This document shows, in pieces, positions 25,801-35,100 of a DNA stretch of 64,000 nucleotides (position 1 is its first letter; each line of letters starts with the position of its first letter). The notes under the pieces are model-generated. The model did not search any database. It was not told the origin of the DNA and worked only from the letters and a program-made list of their open reading frames with translations. The stretch lies in assembly GCA_004764695.1 (NCBI GenBank), contig SMSO01000037.1, forward strand, positions 1,030,747 through 1,094,746, read 5' to 3'. The DNA comes from Schizochytrium sp. TIO01. Its lineage: Eukaryota; Protista; Bigyra: Labyrinthulomycetes. The position numbers were made by a program, and so were the translations under genes.

Positions 25801-27010
25801 TGTGGTTGGCACAGCCGTAGCAGCAGGGGCAGTGGGCAGCGCAGCTGCAATCTCTGCTGCGGTGGAACCCGTACCTGCCACTGACTCACTTGCTAACAAT
25901 TCTGCGGCTACTATTGTAGCTTCCGAGGTGGTCCAAAAGTCTGATATTACCTCCATCGCCTCTCCTGATGTGACTTCAGTGCCAGATGCATCCCCAATCA
26001 AAGCAGCGTCTACCGCATCACCTGCTGCTCCCCCCAAACTCTCAATTGTTGCACCCCCTGGGGCTGCGACCTCCAAGCCAATCGATGCTCCAAGCAGCAA
26101 GCGCAATAGCATGGCAGTCCCGCCAGAGCTCAATAGCATTCAAGAAGCAATCCGAGTATGTGCTGCGATTGTGATTCAGCGGAAGTGGCGTGCAGAACGT
26201 AAGATTCGCAAACAAAAGGAGGCTAAGGAGCAAAAGGTACGCCAAACAAAAGAGGAACTTCAAGCCACTCGAAACCGCTTGCGCAAGATGGTTCTTTCCG
26301 CAATTGTAATTCAACGCGTCTTTAGAGGATTTCGTGTACGCAAATCATTGGCACCAACACGAAAACTGCCGACTGATCTTAAAGTCTCAACTAAATCATC
26401 CACACGTAGTGCCCTTAGTTCCTTCGCGAATCATCTGCGCCGAGGCTCAAACGCTTCGCCGTCAGCGTCGGCACATGCAGCAACTATGTCAGCGCCAACA
26501 TCAGCAAATACTGATGGATCAACAACCAGCGGTGACACTATGGATGAAGCAGCTTCAGACTCCGGAATGAAAAGTACCCGTAAGTCAATGCGCCCGCATC
26601 GCCTCTCTACGCACTTGCGGAGATTCACGTCAGCCTTTAAATCTGGTAAATCATTCTCACAGAAATATGGCCGCACAGAAGAAGAACATTATACCGACGT
26701 AGCCACTCGTGACCCTCGTTATAACTTTTTAGTTGTTCGTTCGCCACCGAGCAGTAGCTCTCCAGCCAGCCCACCTCCTCCCACGCATACTGATCCGGAA
26801 TACCGTCATATTATGAAAATGTTAAAAACCGCTTCAGAGAAACGCAATGTCACCGAGCTCACGCATGCCCTTAAGACTGCATATGATCGAGGCTACATTT
26901 CTGGACCTGAGATCGAGACCGCTGAGGCTGTCCTTGCTCATATTCGCAAGGTACACTTAAAACAGCTAGAGCTTGAGCAGCGTTTAATGGGTGTACCAAC
27001 CAATACCTGA
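22886..27010 (+). CDS. Myosin heavy chain (motor domain, multiple IQ motifs, low-complexity tail)
   Basis: VNPF, P-loop GESGSGKTE, switch I NHNSSRF, YLLEKGRV, switch II LDIFGFE, NSFEQLCINYGNEKL, HYAG, CIKPN, GKTKI; multiple IQxxxRG-type motifs. Confidence 0.95.
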   Translation: MEKDLTALPTVTEESVVNLLKRRFLDEQIFTKLGEEVLIKVNPFRDDIKVDEETKDAGEPRIETLASTAFHDAVRFKKAFSCVMTGESGSGKTEATKVYLKELAGGHRCANEQLQLQLVDSCTLLESFGNCATEHNHNSSRFARWFELHVDTAIGKVVSGRVHQYLLEKGRVVNGSSKSSNFHVLYDICQSFDDRAKGDIEKREDHFKYLCGRAQGVKGRADRWHRMTRQLGHMGVSPMDQTSLEAALWCILYLGNLEFKDIDAGGGAEGCALVPESREALEHVTDLLGMDGDTAGVEALFATRRLRTGREYVTQTRTAVQAHEARDALAKDLYSRIFRYIISAINASIDQKVQGVRDPYRSTTVSILDIFGFERFENNSFEQLCINYGNEKLVQQFHEVLVRAEVAACRAEGVPDGDIGLEDAYEAEQAAKANTIEGINNAFKIIQDETRLPRATDYTLNKKLLQLNLGEPVKLTRIGNPVHFTVNHYAGLVVYNAQGFLVKNRDEAPRGVEEVILEKSNNDFLRGLFASESADEEDDEETGKPKPRAQAKQKTLGVQFRDEFSSLATELAKSSQQFVMCIKPNREASPGYFLDKLVRDQLEANGTLTICRVRQSAFVEHVPKPVFLDRYGFLAEQEKEPETAEDLVHIMTETSCLLDADDLFVGKTKILLRLRGRDKLDVYCEKRDNAAIKVEAFARTVILRCAFLRKRCAAIKVQALIRGVHTREEVARLRIRMLRASLIVQSFIRMVQARKTVEFLRTERRRAVEDSAAVCIQAFVRQILAKAALEKLKTERFQKALLAKQDVAIVRVQSYARMFIAATRYRRTLALARWRRKKVLAAIAVQALVRGWLQRRRLVRARLRLQREAAAAASLAAMNAQRSGSSLDKSKSESADVKLYDGEEDAVQQVAAPVNNRTGTQDVYGAENKPKSLTSTSSSINSEDDRVNAALMNRATIPKSRRKPSKSVTKAAVVGTAVAAGAVGSAAAISAAVEPVPATDSLANNSAATIVASEVVQKSDITSIASPDVTSVPDASPIKAASTASPAAPPKLSIVAPPGAATSKPIDAPSSKRNSMAVPPELNSIQEAIRVCAAIVIQRKWRAERKIRKQKEAKEQKVRQTKEELQATRNRLRKMVLSAIVIQRVFRGFRVRKSLAPTRKLPTDLKVSTKSSTRSALSSFANHLRRGSNASPSASAHAATMSAPTSANTDGSTTSGDTMDEAASDSGMKSTRKSMRPHRLSTHLRRFTSAFKSGKSFSQKYGRTEEEHYTDVATRDPRYNFLVVRSPPSSSSPASPPPPTHTDPEYRHIMKMLKTASEKRNVTELTHALKTAYDRGYISGPEIETAEAVLAHIRKVHLKQLELEQRLMGVPTNT

Positions 27011-27443
27011 GCTAATTGAATGTCTCTTGATCGTATCGCCTAATTTATACCCTTAGTGGAATAGATGAAAATATTTGGAAATTTCTTTGAACGAATGCAA
27101 TAATGCAAGCAAACATGAAACCTCTGTTCCTTTTAAGCTCAGATATGACTACAAACATAATAAAAGTGTGCTACACAATACAACGTCTTCCTTCCCTTGT
27201 TTGCAACTGTTGTTAATCGTCTTGTTGTACATGGTCTGTGCAAAATGAATTGTTTCACATTCTGGAAAATTTTATGGCATGTTCCAACAGTCCTCACCCA
27301 AAATAATCGTTAACGAATCTTTAGTTAACTATTTGGAGACGTAAGTTTACATCTATTGAGTTCTTGTAAATGTATTATAAGTTACACGTTCAAATATCTG
27401 CAGAACTTGGAATGTAGGAACACCACGATGGTATATGTTCAAG

Positions 27444-29234
27444 CTATCCATGATGATTAGGTTTGCCAAGAGTCCCTTCCTCCAAACTATGCAAGGTATC
27501 AGCGTCAATTCCACCAATATCTTCGTCTTTTGTTTTGGCGATGGTTTGTTTGTCTGAAAATACAACTTTTGCAAGACTTACTTTCGTGTCAGCAGCATGT
27601 TGACGATACCTCTCCCCATCAATGTGGGACTTGCGTTCACTCAAACTCGGTGTCGGGCTGTTGCACGATGGCTCAGTTTCTTCCGTCAGTGGAGCAGGAT
27701 GAGCTTGCTGCCAAACTCGCCAGCGGCGATATTGAACGGCACTAAAATGAGCTGAGCGTACAAAGAAAATAATTGTAGCATGCACCATGGCTACACCGAA
27801 GCTAAATATTAAAGAGAAAATAGGTGCTGAAGGCCCCTTCTCAAAGGTTTCTACAGTAAGCGATACCCCTAGAATGCCGGCGCCAATAAGAAGCAGAGAG
27901 ATAACCATTGATGCGCTTGAAAATGCCATATGGTCAAGACTTTGAATTAAAATACTGGCCCGTTTTAAACGCGATGAAGCCAGATTGCTCAACAAACTCT
28001 TGGAACGGAATCTGCCAGCATTTGTACGCGCCTCGAAATTCCCTAGTTCGATTGCAGAAAGACTTTGCGAGTAGTCCCGATGTGGCCCTGTGTAAGTTGT
28101 TACATTTCCTGATGAACGTGATGTCACACTGGATGACCGGTCATTGATTGAATTCGAATGTGGACGCAGAAAAGATGGCGCGAAAGTGTCGGTAAGCATA
28201 GACATAAAACCTCCTAGCGTCTGCCGAGGTTTGGTTTTAGGGCTACTGCTTAGAGGTGACAAGTCTGCATCGCATGCGTGTCTGGTTTCATCTGAATCCA
28301 ACATATCATCACGTCGTGTTATATCAGGATTAGCGTTTTCGCGACATATTCTGGAGATGTTTCCTTGATCTGTGCGAGGGACTACCTGCGCATTATTGAT
28401 GCTATTTTGGTCATCTGGAGAGCGTGCAAAAACCATCTTCTTGTCTAATGCTGCTAGTTTTCGTTTGACCATGAATATTTTATAGAATACATAGATGTAA
28501 AGCAAGCTCATGAGGAAAACCACAGGAACTAGGGCGAGTCCAGATACGCGAAAGTTCTTTAAAAGATTGACCATAGCAATCGCCAAGACCAATAGAAACG
28601 AGACCACAAAGGTAGTAACGTAAGTAGTGAAGCTAAGTTTTCCATGGTGCATCACGAGGCCTGACTTGCGCACCTCGAGAATGGCTATCCAAACGATGGA
28701 AAGAAGCATGACAGCATTTATAGTCAAAGCTGCACAAACTGCAAATGACAAGCGCATGAGAATCCCAAATATCAATTGCATTGTTTCGCCTAGATCACCG
28801 ACAGAAATAACTGCAAAGCTAAGATTCCAAATCATAGCTGCGAAGGATGCAGCCAAACTCATCACCAGAGTCATCCACATTGTATTTGATGCTAGCACTT
28901 TAGGCCTTGAAGTTCGGCAAACAGCACCAATGCCTGCAAGTAGAATTAGTACTTGAATGCAAACGATGAAGACACGAGTATAGCGAAAAATAATTGTAGC
29001 CCTAGACTCAACATTGCACATCATTCCTGACAGTACTAAACGTGGGTCACAAGTGCACATCTTGAATGTCGAGGCTTCAAGTGTGTTCTTTTCTTCGCCT
29101 GTAAGCGCCATCAAAGATGCCGAGGTAATTTCTGAGCAGATCCCTCTCACGAATCGCCTACCCTCATACCATTGGCAGTCTAGCGCGCTGGTGCACTCAT
29201 TTTCACTAACTGGCCAGGGTCCTGGAAAGCCCAT
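27444..29234 (-). CDS. Multi-pass (probable 7TM) membrane protein with a Cys-rich/EGF-like N-terminus
   Basis: N-terminal C..DC...GIC...CTCDP..LSGMMC, then five hydrophobic helices, a long Ser-rich loop and two more helices. The first ATG is at 29234; the ORF track starts at GTG 29252. Confidence 0.75.
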   Translation of the reverse strand: MGFPGPWPVSENECTSALDCQWYEGRRFVRGICSEITSASLMALTGEEKNTLEASTFKMCTCDPRLVLSGMMCNVESRATIIFRYTRVFIVCIQVLILLAGIGAVCRTSRPKVLASNTMWMTLVMSLAASFAAMIWNLSFAVISVGDLGETMQLIFGILMRLSFAVCAALTINAVMLLSIVWIAILEVRKSGLVMHHGKLSFTTYVTTFVVSFLLVLAIAMVNLLKNFRVSGLALVPVVFLMSLLYIYVFYKIFMVKRKLAALDKKMVFARSPDDQNSINNAQVVPRTDQGNISRICRENANPDITRRDDMLDSDETRHACDADLSPLSSSPKTKPRQTLGGFMSMLTDTFAPSFLRPHSNSINDRSSSVTSRSSGNVTTYTGPHRDYSQSLSAIELGNFEARTNAGRFRSKSLLSNLASSRLKRASILIQSLDHMAFSSASMVISLLLIGAGILGVSLTVETFEKGPSAPIFSLIFSFGVAMVHATIIFFVRSAHFSAVQYRRWRVWQQAHPAPLTEETEPSCNSPTPSLSERKSHIDGERYRQHAADTKVSLAKVVFSDKQTIAKTKDEDIGGIDADTLHSLEEGTLGKPNHHG

Positions 29235-30379
29235 GCTCTGAGAGGCCGCCACGCCCGCTGCTCACACTGTATATGCAGCTTAGCGTCGCAGCTGGTAGTT
29301 CACTAAAATGGAGTGACAGTAACCAGTAACCACTTCCCAATTTTGGCGAATTGTGTCGATGTTCAGCTTCTGCAAATTCTCTGATAGTCTTGTTTCTGAA
29401 AAGTATTTTTGCCTTATGTAAGAACATATACTTTGTAGACTAGAACGAATGCACAAGTAATCAGTTCAGTTGAATATTCAATCGCCGGACTCTGTACTTG
29501 AGCAATATCAAGAAAGGACGACTTCCTTTGAGGCTTCTGGATTTGCAACCCGCGAAAAAGGAGCTCCAAAATACACGATGCGTCTTCAAGAATCCATACG
29601 ATTATACAAAGTCCATACGACGGCTTATGACCGCGTCGCAAGTTCAATTTATGAAGGGAAACCTGGCAGTTGGTCGGCTTAATATCGAAACCTTAGACCT
29701 TCACAATAGTCTCTCTTATCTCCACTATCTTTCTGAACAAAATGCACGTATTTGCAACTTGTCGTTGATCCCTCTTCGATGCCAACCACAAGTGCTGACC
29801 AGCCTTGCCGGGCAGCGTCAGTGTACGCTAAGGAAAGGGTGGACCTGCAATTCTCAATATTCACGTGCTCGTGCCGACTTTATCTGAAACGAGAACGGGC
29901 TCGCTAAATGGATGGGCTGACTGAACGTCGTTGAGACTAAGAAACGGCAGCTGGGGAGAGCTTAAGAAGCGGTTGGCGTTTGCCAGTCCCCCGAGATCCC
30001 CAAGATAGCACGACTGTTCTGCACCGCTCTCCTTCGTCGAGGCTGAAGACTTGCACGCTCGAGGTACGTCTCAGTAGTTGGTAATTTGTTTGTTTGGAGC
30101 ATATATCAATGGTCACCACTTCCATTTGCTTATTATATTCTAGTAGGTCCTAGCTTGGTCTTTCTTTTAGAGATTCCGTTCACCACCTTCGTTCGTCAGG
30201 GCCCAGAGCTGCGAATCGCGCTCCTCTGAGGCCCCTTTCCTACGCCCAGGCGCTCTCCCTCCTCTCTCCAAAGCTCAGTGCCCTGCAACGAATCGTGTTG
30301 ATTGGGATTGCTGCACAAGAGGGACCTCCTTTGGACACTAAACACTTTGTCTTCCTGTAACCCCTATGTACTCCTAAGG

Positions 30380-30720
30380 GCATCCTACTGGATTCACATC
30401 TTTTCGATTTTACATCCAAACCTTCGCCTGAAAGTCAGTACACCATCTCCTGTCGATCGACGGCCTTTGATCAGCACAGCGTCCTTGGCTGCCGCATTTG
30501 CATTCAGCTTTTTGATGACAACCATCACCAGCCCTGGGGTCAAGACGAGCCCTTCGGACATGCATGGCTTCTCGGCAGTGAAGATTTGTTTTAAAGGGAT
30601 AAACGAGTGACTTCTTTTTATCAGGAGCTTCGCTCGTTTTACCTTTTTTAGGCCATGTGAGCATCCTCATTGAATCACTTTCTGACCCGAGCCCTCGATA
30701 GAGGCCCATGATAACTTCTG
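30380..30720 (-). pseudogene. Possible degenerate pogo/CENP-B-like transposase HTH fragment
   Basis: Frame-broken peptides SEGLVLTPGLVMVVIKKL...RRWCTDF/FRRRFG loosely resemble the HTH_Tnp_Tc5 pattern. No TIRs were found. Confidence 0.2.
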
Positions 30721-32474
30721 CACGAGCACCTGCTGTCGTCCGTCGCTCTGGTGGTGCAGTAGACAGGTCTTCACGTTGTGCACGGCACGTTTATGCGCCA
30801 ACTTGGTTTTGTTGACACATGTTCCCATTGGAGAAAGGGTTTATGAAAAGGAGTCGTTCCACAAAGCGGCTCTTTTGGCCCATATTTTTAATCCAAAACA
30901 CTAACAATTACTCTGTCTTTTCTTTCTTCCTTTTTAATTTAAGACTATCATTATTAGATAGATGGTAGCATATTAGGCCTATGTAACAAATAATGAATTT
31001 CTTTAATAAACACAATGAATTCAGATAAGGCAGAAGAAAACACTAGCTACCCCTATTCAAAGGTTGAGCCTATTAATCCTTTTACTTGGGGAGAGCTTCG
31101 TAGCTAAAGTTGTTTTGTCTGGTATTGTGAATTTGTGGAGGCTGCTATTGAAGAGACCATCTTGCTGAAAATGATACTATTAGAATATTTTTGAACATAA
31201 TTTAACAGTCTATCCAAGAGCACATGGGGTGATTTAGAATTTAGTTAATTACTTCGACTCAAACCCGATAGCTAAGCTAAAAGAGCAGGGACACCAATTA
31301 ATGAACGTAAATTTATATGTAGTTTCTAAAACGTAATGCAGGCTAAATTCAGGCCCAGCGGTGCAGGACTGGAGTAAAGGTGCAAGTCGAGGCTACAGAT
31401 CACTTGCTTAGTCTCTGTCTTTAGTGTTCATAAATCTAGCATGAAACACAACATCATTCTGCACGCAACAACTTTAGTGCATCGCGAAACCCCAATGAGC
31501 TTGCGTCCAAATGTTCCTGCCCAAGACCTCCATTCAAGACCAGAGTAGTCATTAAAATGGCTGGAACGAATGCCATAAAATGAGAATAACATTCTTGAAA
31601 GGTATTCTTGAGTAAAACATATATATTGTAGAGTATGACATTCTGGACCACGGCGTAAAACCTAGAGAGCGCGGCAGATTGAGACTGCGAGCAAAGGAAA
31701 CAGCAAATTGCAGCCATGAGATAGTTGCAGTGGTCTCGGTGCAACCTGGAATTGATGGATCTGGGTTTAACAGAAACTTTGAGCTTTTGGAGAGCTTGAA
31801 CGAGCTAGTACCTGGGTGTTAAACCGCTCGGACTAACTCGTCATGCTAACCAAAAGAGCTGCCTCCTGTCCAAGGTTATTTTCATTTTGGATTAGCGAGA
31901 GAAGCTTTCAAGTCAGCCTTCGAATACTTCGCAAAGGTAATGCGAACTCTACACTAAGTCATTTCGATCGTGTAGCACTTGAAGTACAATCTCGATTTCG
32001 TTCTTCTGGAACGTGAAATGAGGAAATAATCAATGTATTGTTTTAAAATTTTAAAGAAATCTTTACAAAAGTGAAGTTTCTTTTACATAGAACTCATTTC
32101 TCGATAGGATCTAAAAGATGCGAGCTCGTCCGCGAAAGGTTTTAGTATTCAGGCAAAAGAATAGAGAACAGTAACCTCTGAGCATTGAGAGTGACCTGGG
32201 GACCTAAAGAACCCCTCCAAGACCATCCTTCTAGGCTTTAAGCGCGCCTTGCCCTAATCTTGGCGGCGTGCGTTGAAGTTCTTGACGTACAGCTTACTTG
32301 TGCAAAGACCATCAAATAAAGGTTGGGCCAGCACGATCAGAAATAAGATAAAAAGAAATTGAATTGCGTTGCAAGATATTGTCTTATGAAAGACTTGCCA
32401 TGTTGAAGTTTGGGTACTGGAGCGAAAATAATGTCAATGTGTATATCTAAATTCTAAAATTACTGCTCGAGAGA

Positions 32475-35100
32475 TTATTGCAAGCTAAAATTTGGACCAA
32501 TGATATCTTGAGTGAGGAAAGGTGCAAGCTGCTTTCGCAGGACACCTTGAAGATATCTATCTTGAATGTGTGTATTCCAGTAATCACGGAGGCGCTCCGC
32601 GCGCAGCAGCTGCCACGCCTCACGAACCTGCTCAAACGAATCAGGAAAATATGGGTCCTGCCCACGTTTCCTTGGACAATGCCGCACATGGCGATGGCAA
32701 GCACCGCTATCCTGAGAACTATACTCCAGGCACCAAGCGCAAAAGTTATGATTGCATCCATCTTGACCACATTTTACAGCACAGCAACCATTGAAATGAT
32801 CGAAGCAAGCGCTGCAATTAGGGCAACATGAATTCAAGATATTTTCCTGAATATAGAGTAAATGCCGTTGTGCATCACGAGTGAGGCCATCAGCTCGTCG
32901 TATTTGGTCCAAACGCCTTCGGATCTCCTGCTCAGCCCAGACCGCAGCTTTGCTTTCAACTCTCATGCGCACAATTCGCAACAAATGGTTCAGAGCATCA
33001 GGTGCAAGACGGGCAATATCTCGACCGAAGATTCTGCCATTGCAGCCAGGCTTTGTGCATAACATTGTTCCACTCGCATCCACCTTAACAGAGGCCTGAG
33101 GTTGAGCAGCGGCTGCTACAGAACTTGCAATGCAGTCTCTGCAGAGGAAGTCGCCATTCTCGCAGCTTGTTCCTTCAGAAAACTGCACTCTTTCCATACA
33201 AATCAGACATGTTTCTACACGAACCTCGACAGCACCGAATGCATTGTGCTGAAGCGCTTCACGAGCACTTGGGCGCAGATTCGGATCTATTGCTTTCAGG
33301 GAGTCAATGAGCTGACGCATTGCAGCTGCCGGAGCAGGATACAGATCCTGTAATACTACTCCTACAGAATACATGTCTATTTTTGCTGTGAATTTATCTA
33401 TACGCCCGTTTTGCAATTCTGGAGCAATATACCCAGGCGTTGCCTGAAAAGACGTGTAGGTTGCAGTACAGTCTGCGATTTTGATGCCATCGAAGTCCCC
33501 TAGCAAAGGAGTCCCGTTATTTGTCAGAAAGATGTTCTCAGGTTTGATGTCGCAGTGTACAATCCCATTGGCATGCAAGTCAGCTACCCCAGCAAGCAAA
33601 CCTATCGCAAGACGATCGCGCACTGCTTTGCCTTCCTTAGAATGCTCTGCAATCCATTTGGCCAGGTCACCTTGTTCATAGAAGGGCATAATAATACAGC
33701 CTCGTAGATCTTCACCAGAGGAGTCAATGAAAGCACTCTTAATGCGGATCACATGCTGAGAAACCACCTTGTCCAGATTAGCAACTTGTTTGTAGAAAGT
33801 TTTAGATTGGCTTGAATGCCCCAGTAAGAATTCTTTCAATACTAGAGTTCTCCCAGCATTGTCGAGAACCTTTCTGACCTTCTTACCGCCTCTGGATGCA
33901 AGAGGCTCCCCAACCGGCTGGAAATCTGAGGTATTCACTGTCGCCAACCAGAGACCTGAGCAAGCAACTTCTAACAGACCCTCTGCGCTAATATGAAGTA
34001 ATTCCAACCACTCCTGATTTTTCAACAGCTCTGGATAGTGAATCTGCGCGAGTCGTAAAGTCTCAGCAACTTTGTGCCGAAATAATTCACTCAGCTCAAT
34101 AGGAGTTCCTTTAGCAAGAACACCCTCATGCCTTGCAATTCGAGATCTGCACTGAACTTTTTCTTCTTCTGATTCTTCTACTTCGAGATCAGCTTTTGCT
34201 CGTTTCAAGCCCTCCATCGCGTTCCTGGAATCTGTGAGCTGCTTGTAAAGGTTTTTTAAATGGTCTACATCGGGTTCCCTCATACCCAACTGAACATAGT
34301 CCTTAATCTCCATGAATATCTTCAGTGAAGGTCTGGTAGAATTCGAAAATTTGATAGTTTCTGCACTTTCAAGCTGTTGCAATATAGAGCCAACAGACCA
34401 AAGAATTTTCGCTACCTCCGCTACCAACTTGTCCTCCTGGAACATACTCTGGATATAGAGTAGCTTGCACTCGAAAGCCGTTGTCCCTTCTCGTGCTCTG
34501 GCATCACGGTAGGAAGTATCTCCTTGACCCAACTCAGATTCTCCCGAGCGCACTCTTTTAGAAATGACGTTACTCGGTTCCTCCATCTCGCTTAATCTAC
34601 CTATTTTGTTCAATCTGTACGCTTTCACACACAATCTGGCACGGCCAACAAGGTTACGAACACAATCTAGAATATTTCCATCAATATTCTGGGCGGCGCT
34701 AAGACCATCAATGGTGTCCAATCTATCCAAAAGAGAGTCAAGCTTAACTTTAAACACACGCATCACATCGGCATCATAATGTTCATGGATATTGTCTCGT
34801 CCAGCTCGCAAATAGGAGTACACGATAATTAAAAGCGCTCTTAGTTGGTTTCTTTTGTTGTTGCGTTGTTCAACGAGACTAGACAGTCGATGTTGAGAAC
34901 TTGCACGAATTTGGTCTTGGAGAGTCTCTAAGGAGGTTTTCGATTTCATAATATCACAGAATGCTTGTTGAAGCTTCATTTGGAGAATGTATTTTTGAAC
35001 TGATGGCGATGCAAATTCTTCGAGCAAGGTGATACCATCATTAAGAAAATCATCTCCGCTGCCGAGACTCACGCTGACAGTCGCTATTTTCCTTACCAAG
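32475..35100 (-). CDS. Terminal exon: helical region + protein kinase (approx. 33920-33235) + RING1 (approx. 33210-33030) + Rcat/IBR-like Zn finger (approx. 32830-32670)
   Basis: Kinase motifs VLKEF, MPFYEQGDL, IVHCDIKPENIF, GDFD, TPGYIAPE, DMYSVG, RPSAREALQH. Zn fingers CLIC...C...LCRDC...C.KPGC and CPNC...GCCAVKC...C.HNFCAWC...H.HV..C. Confidence 0.92.
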
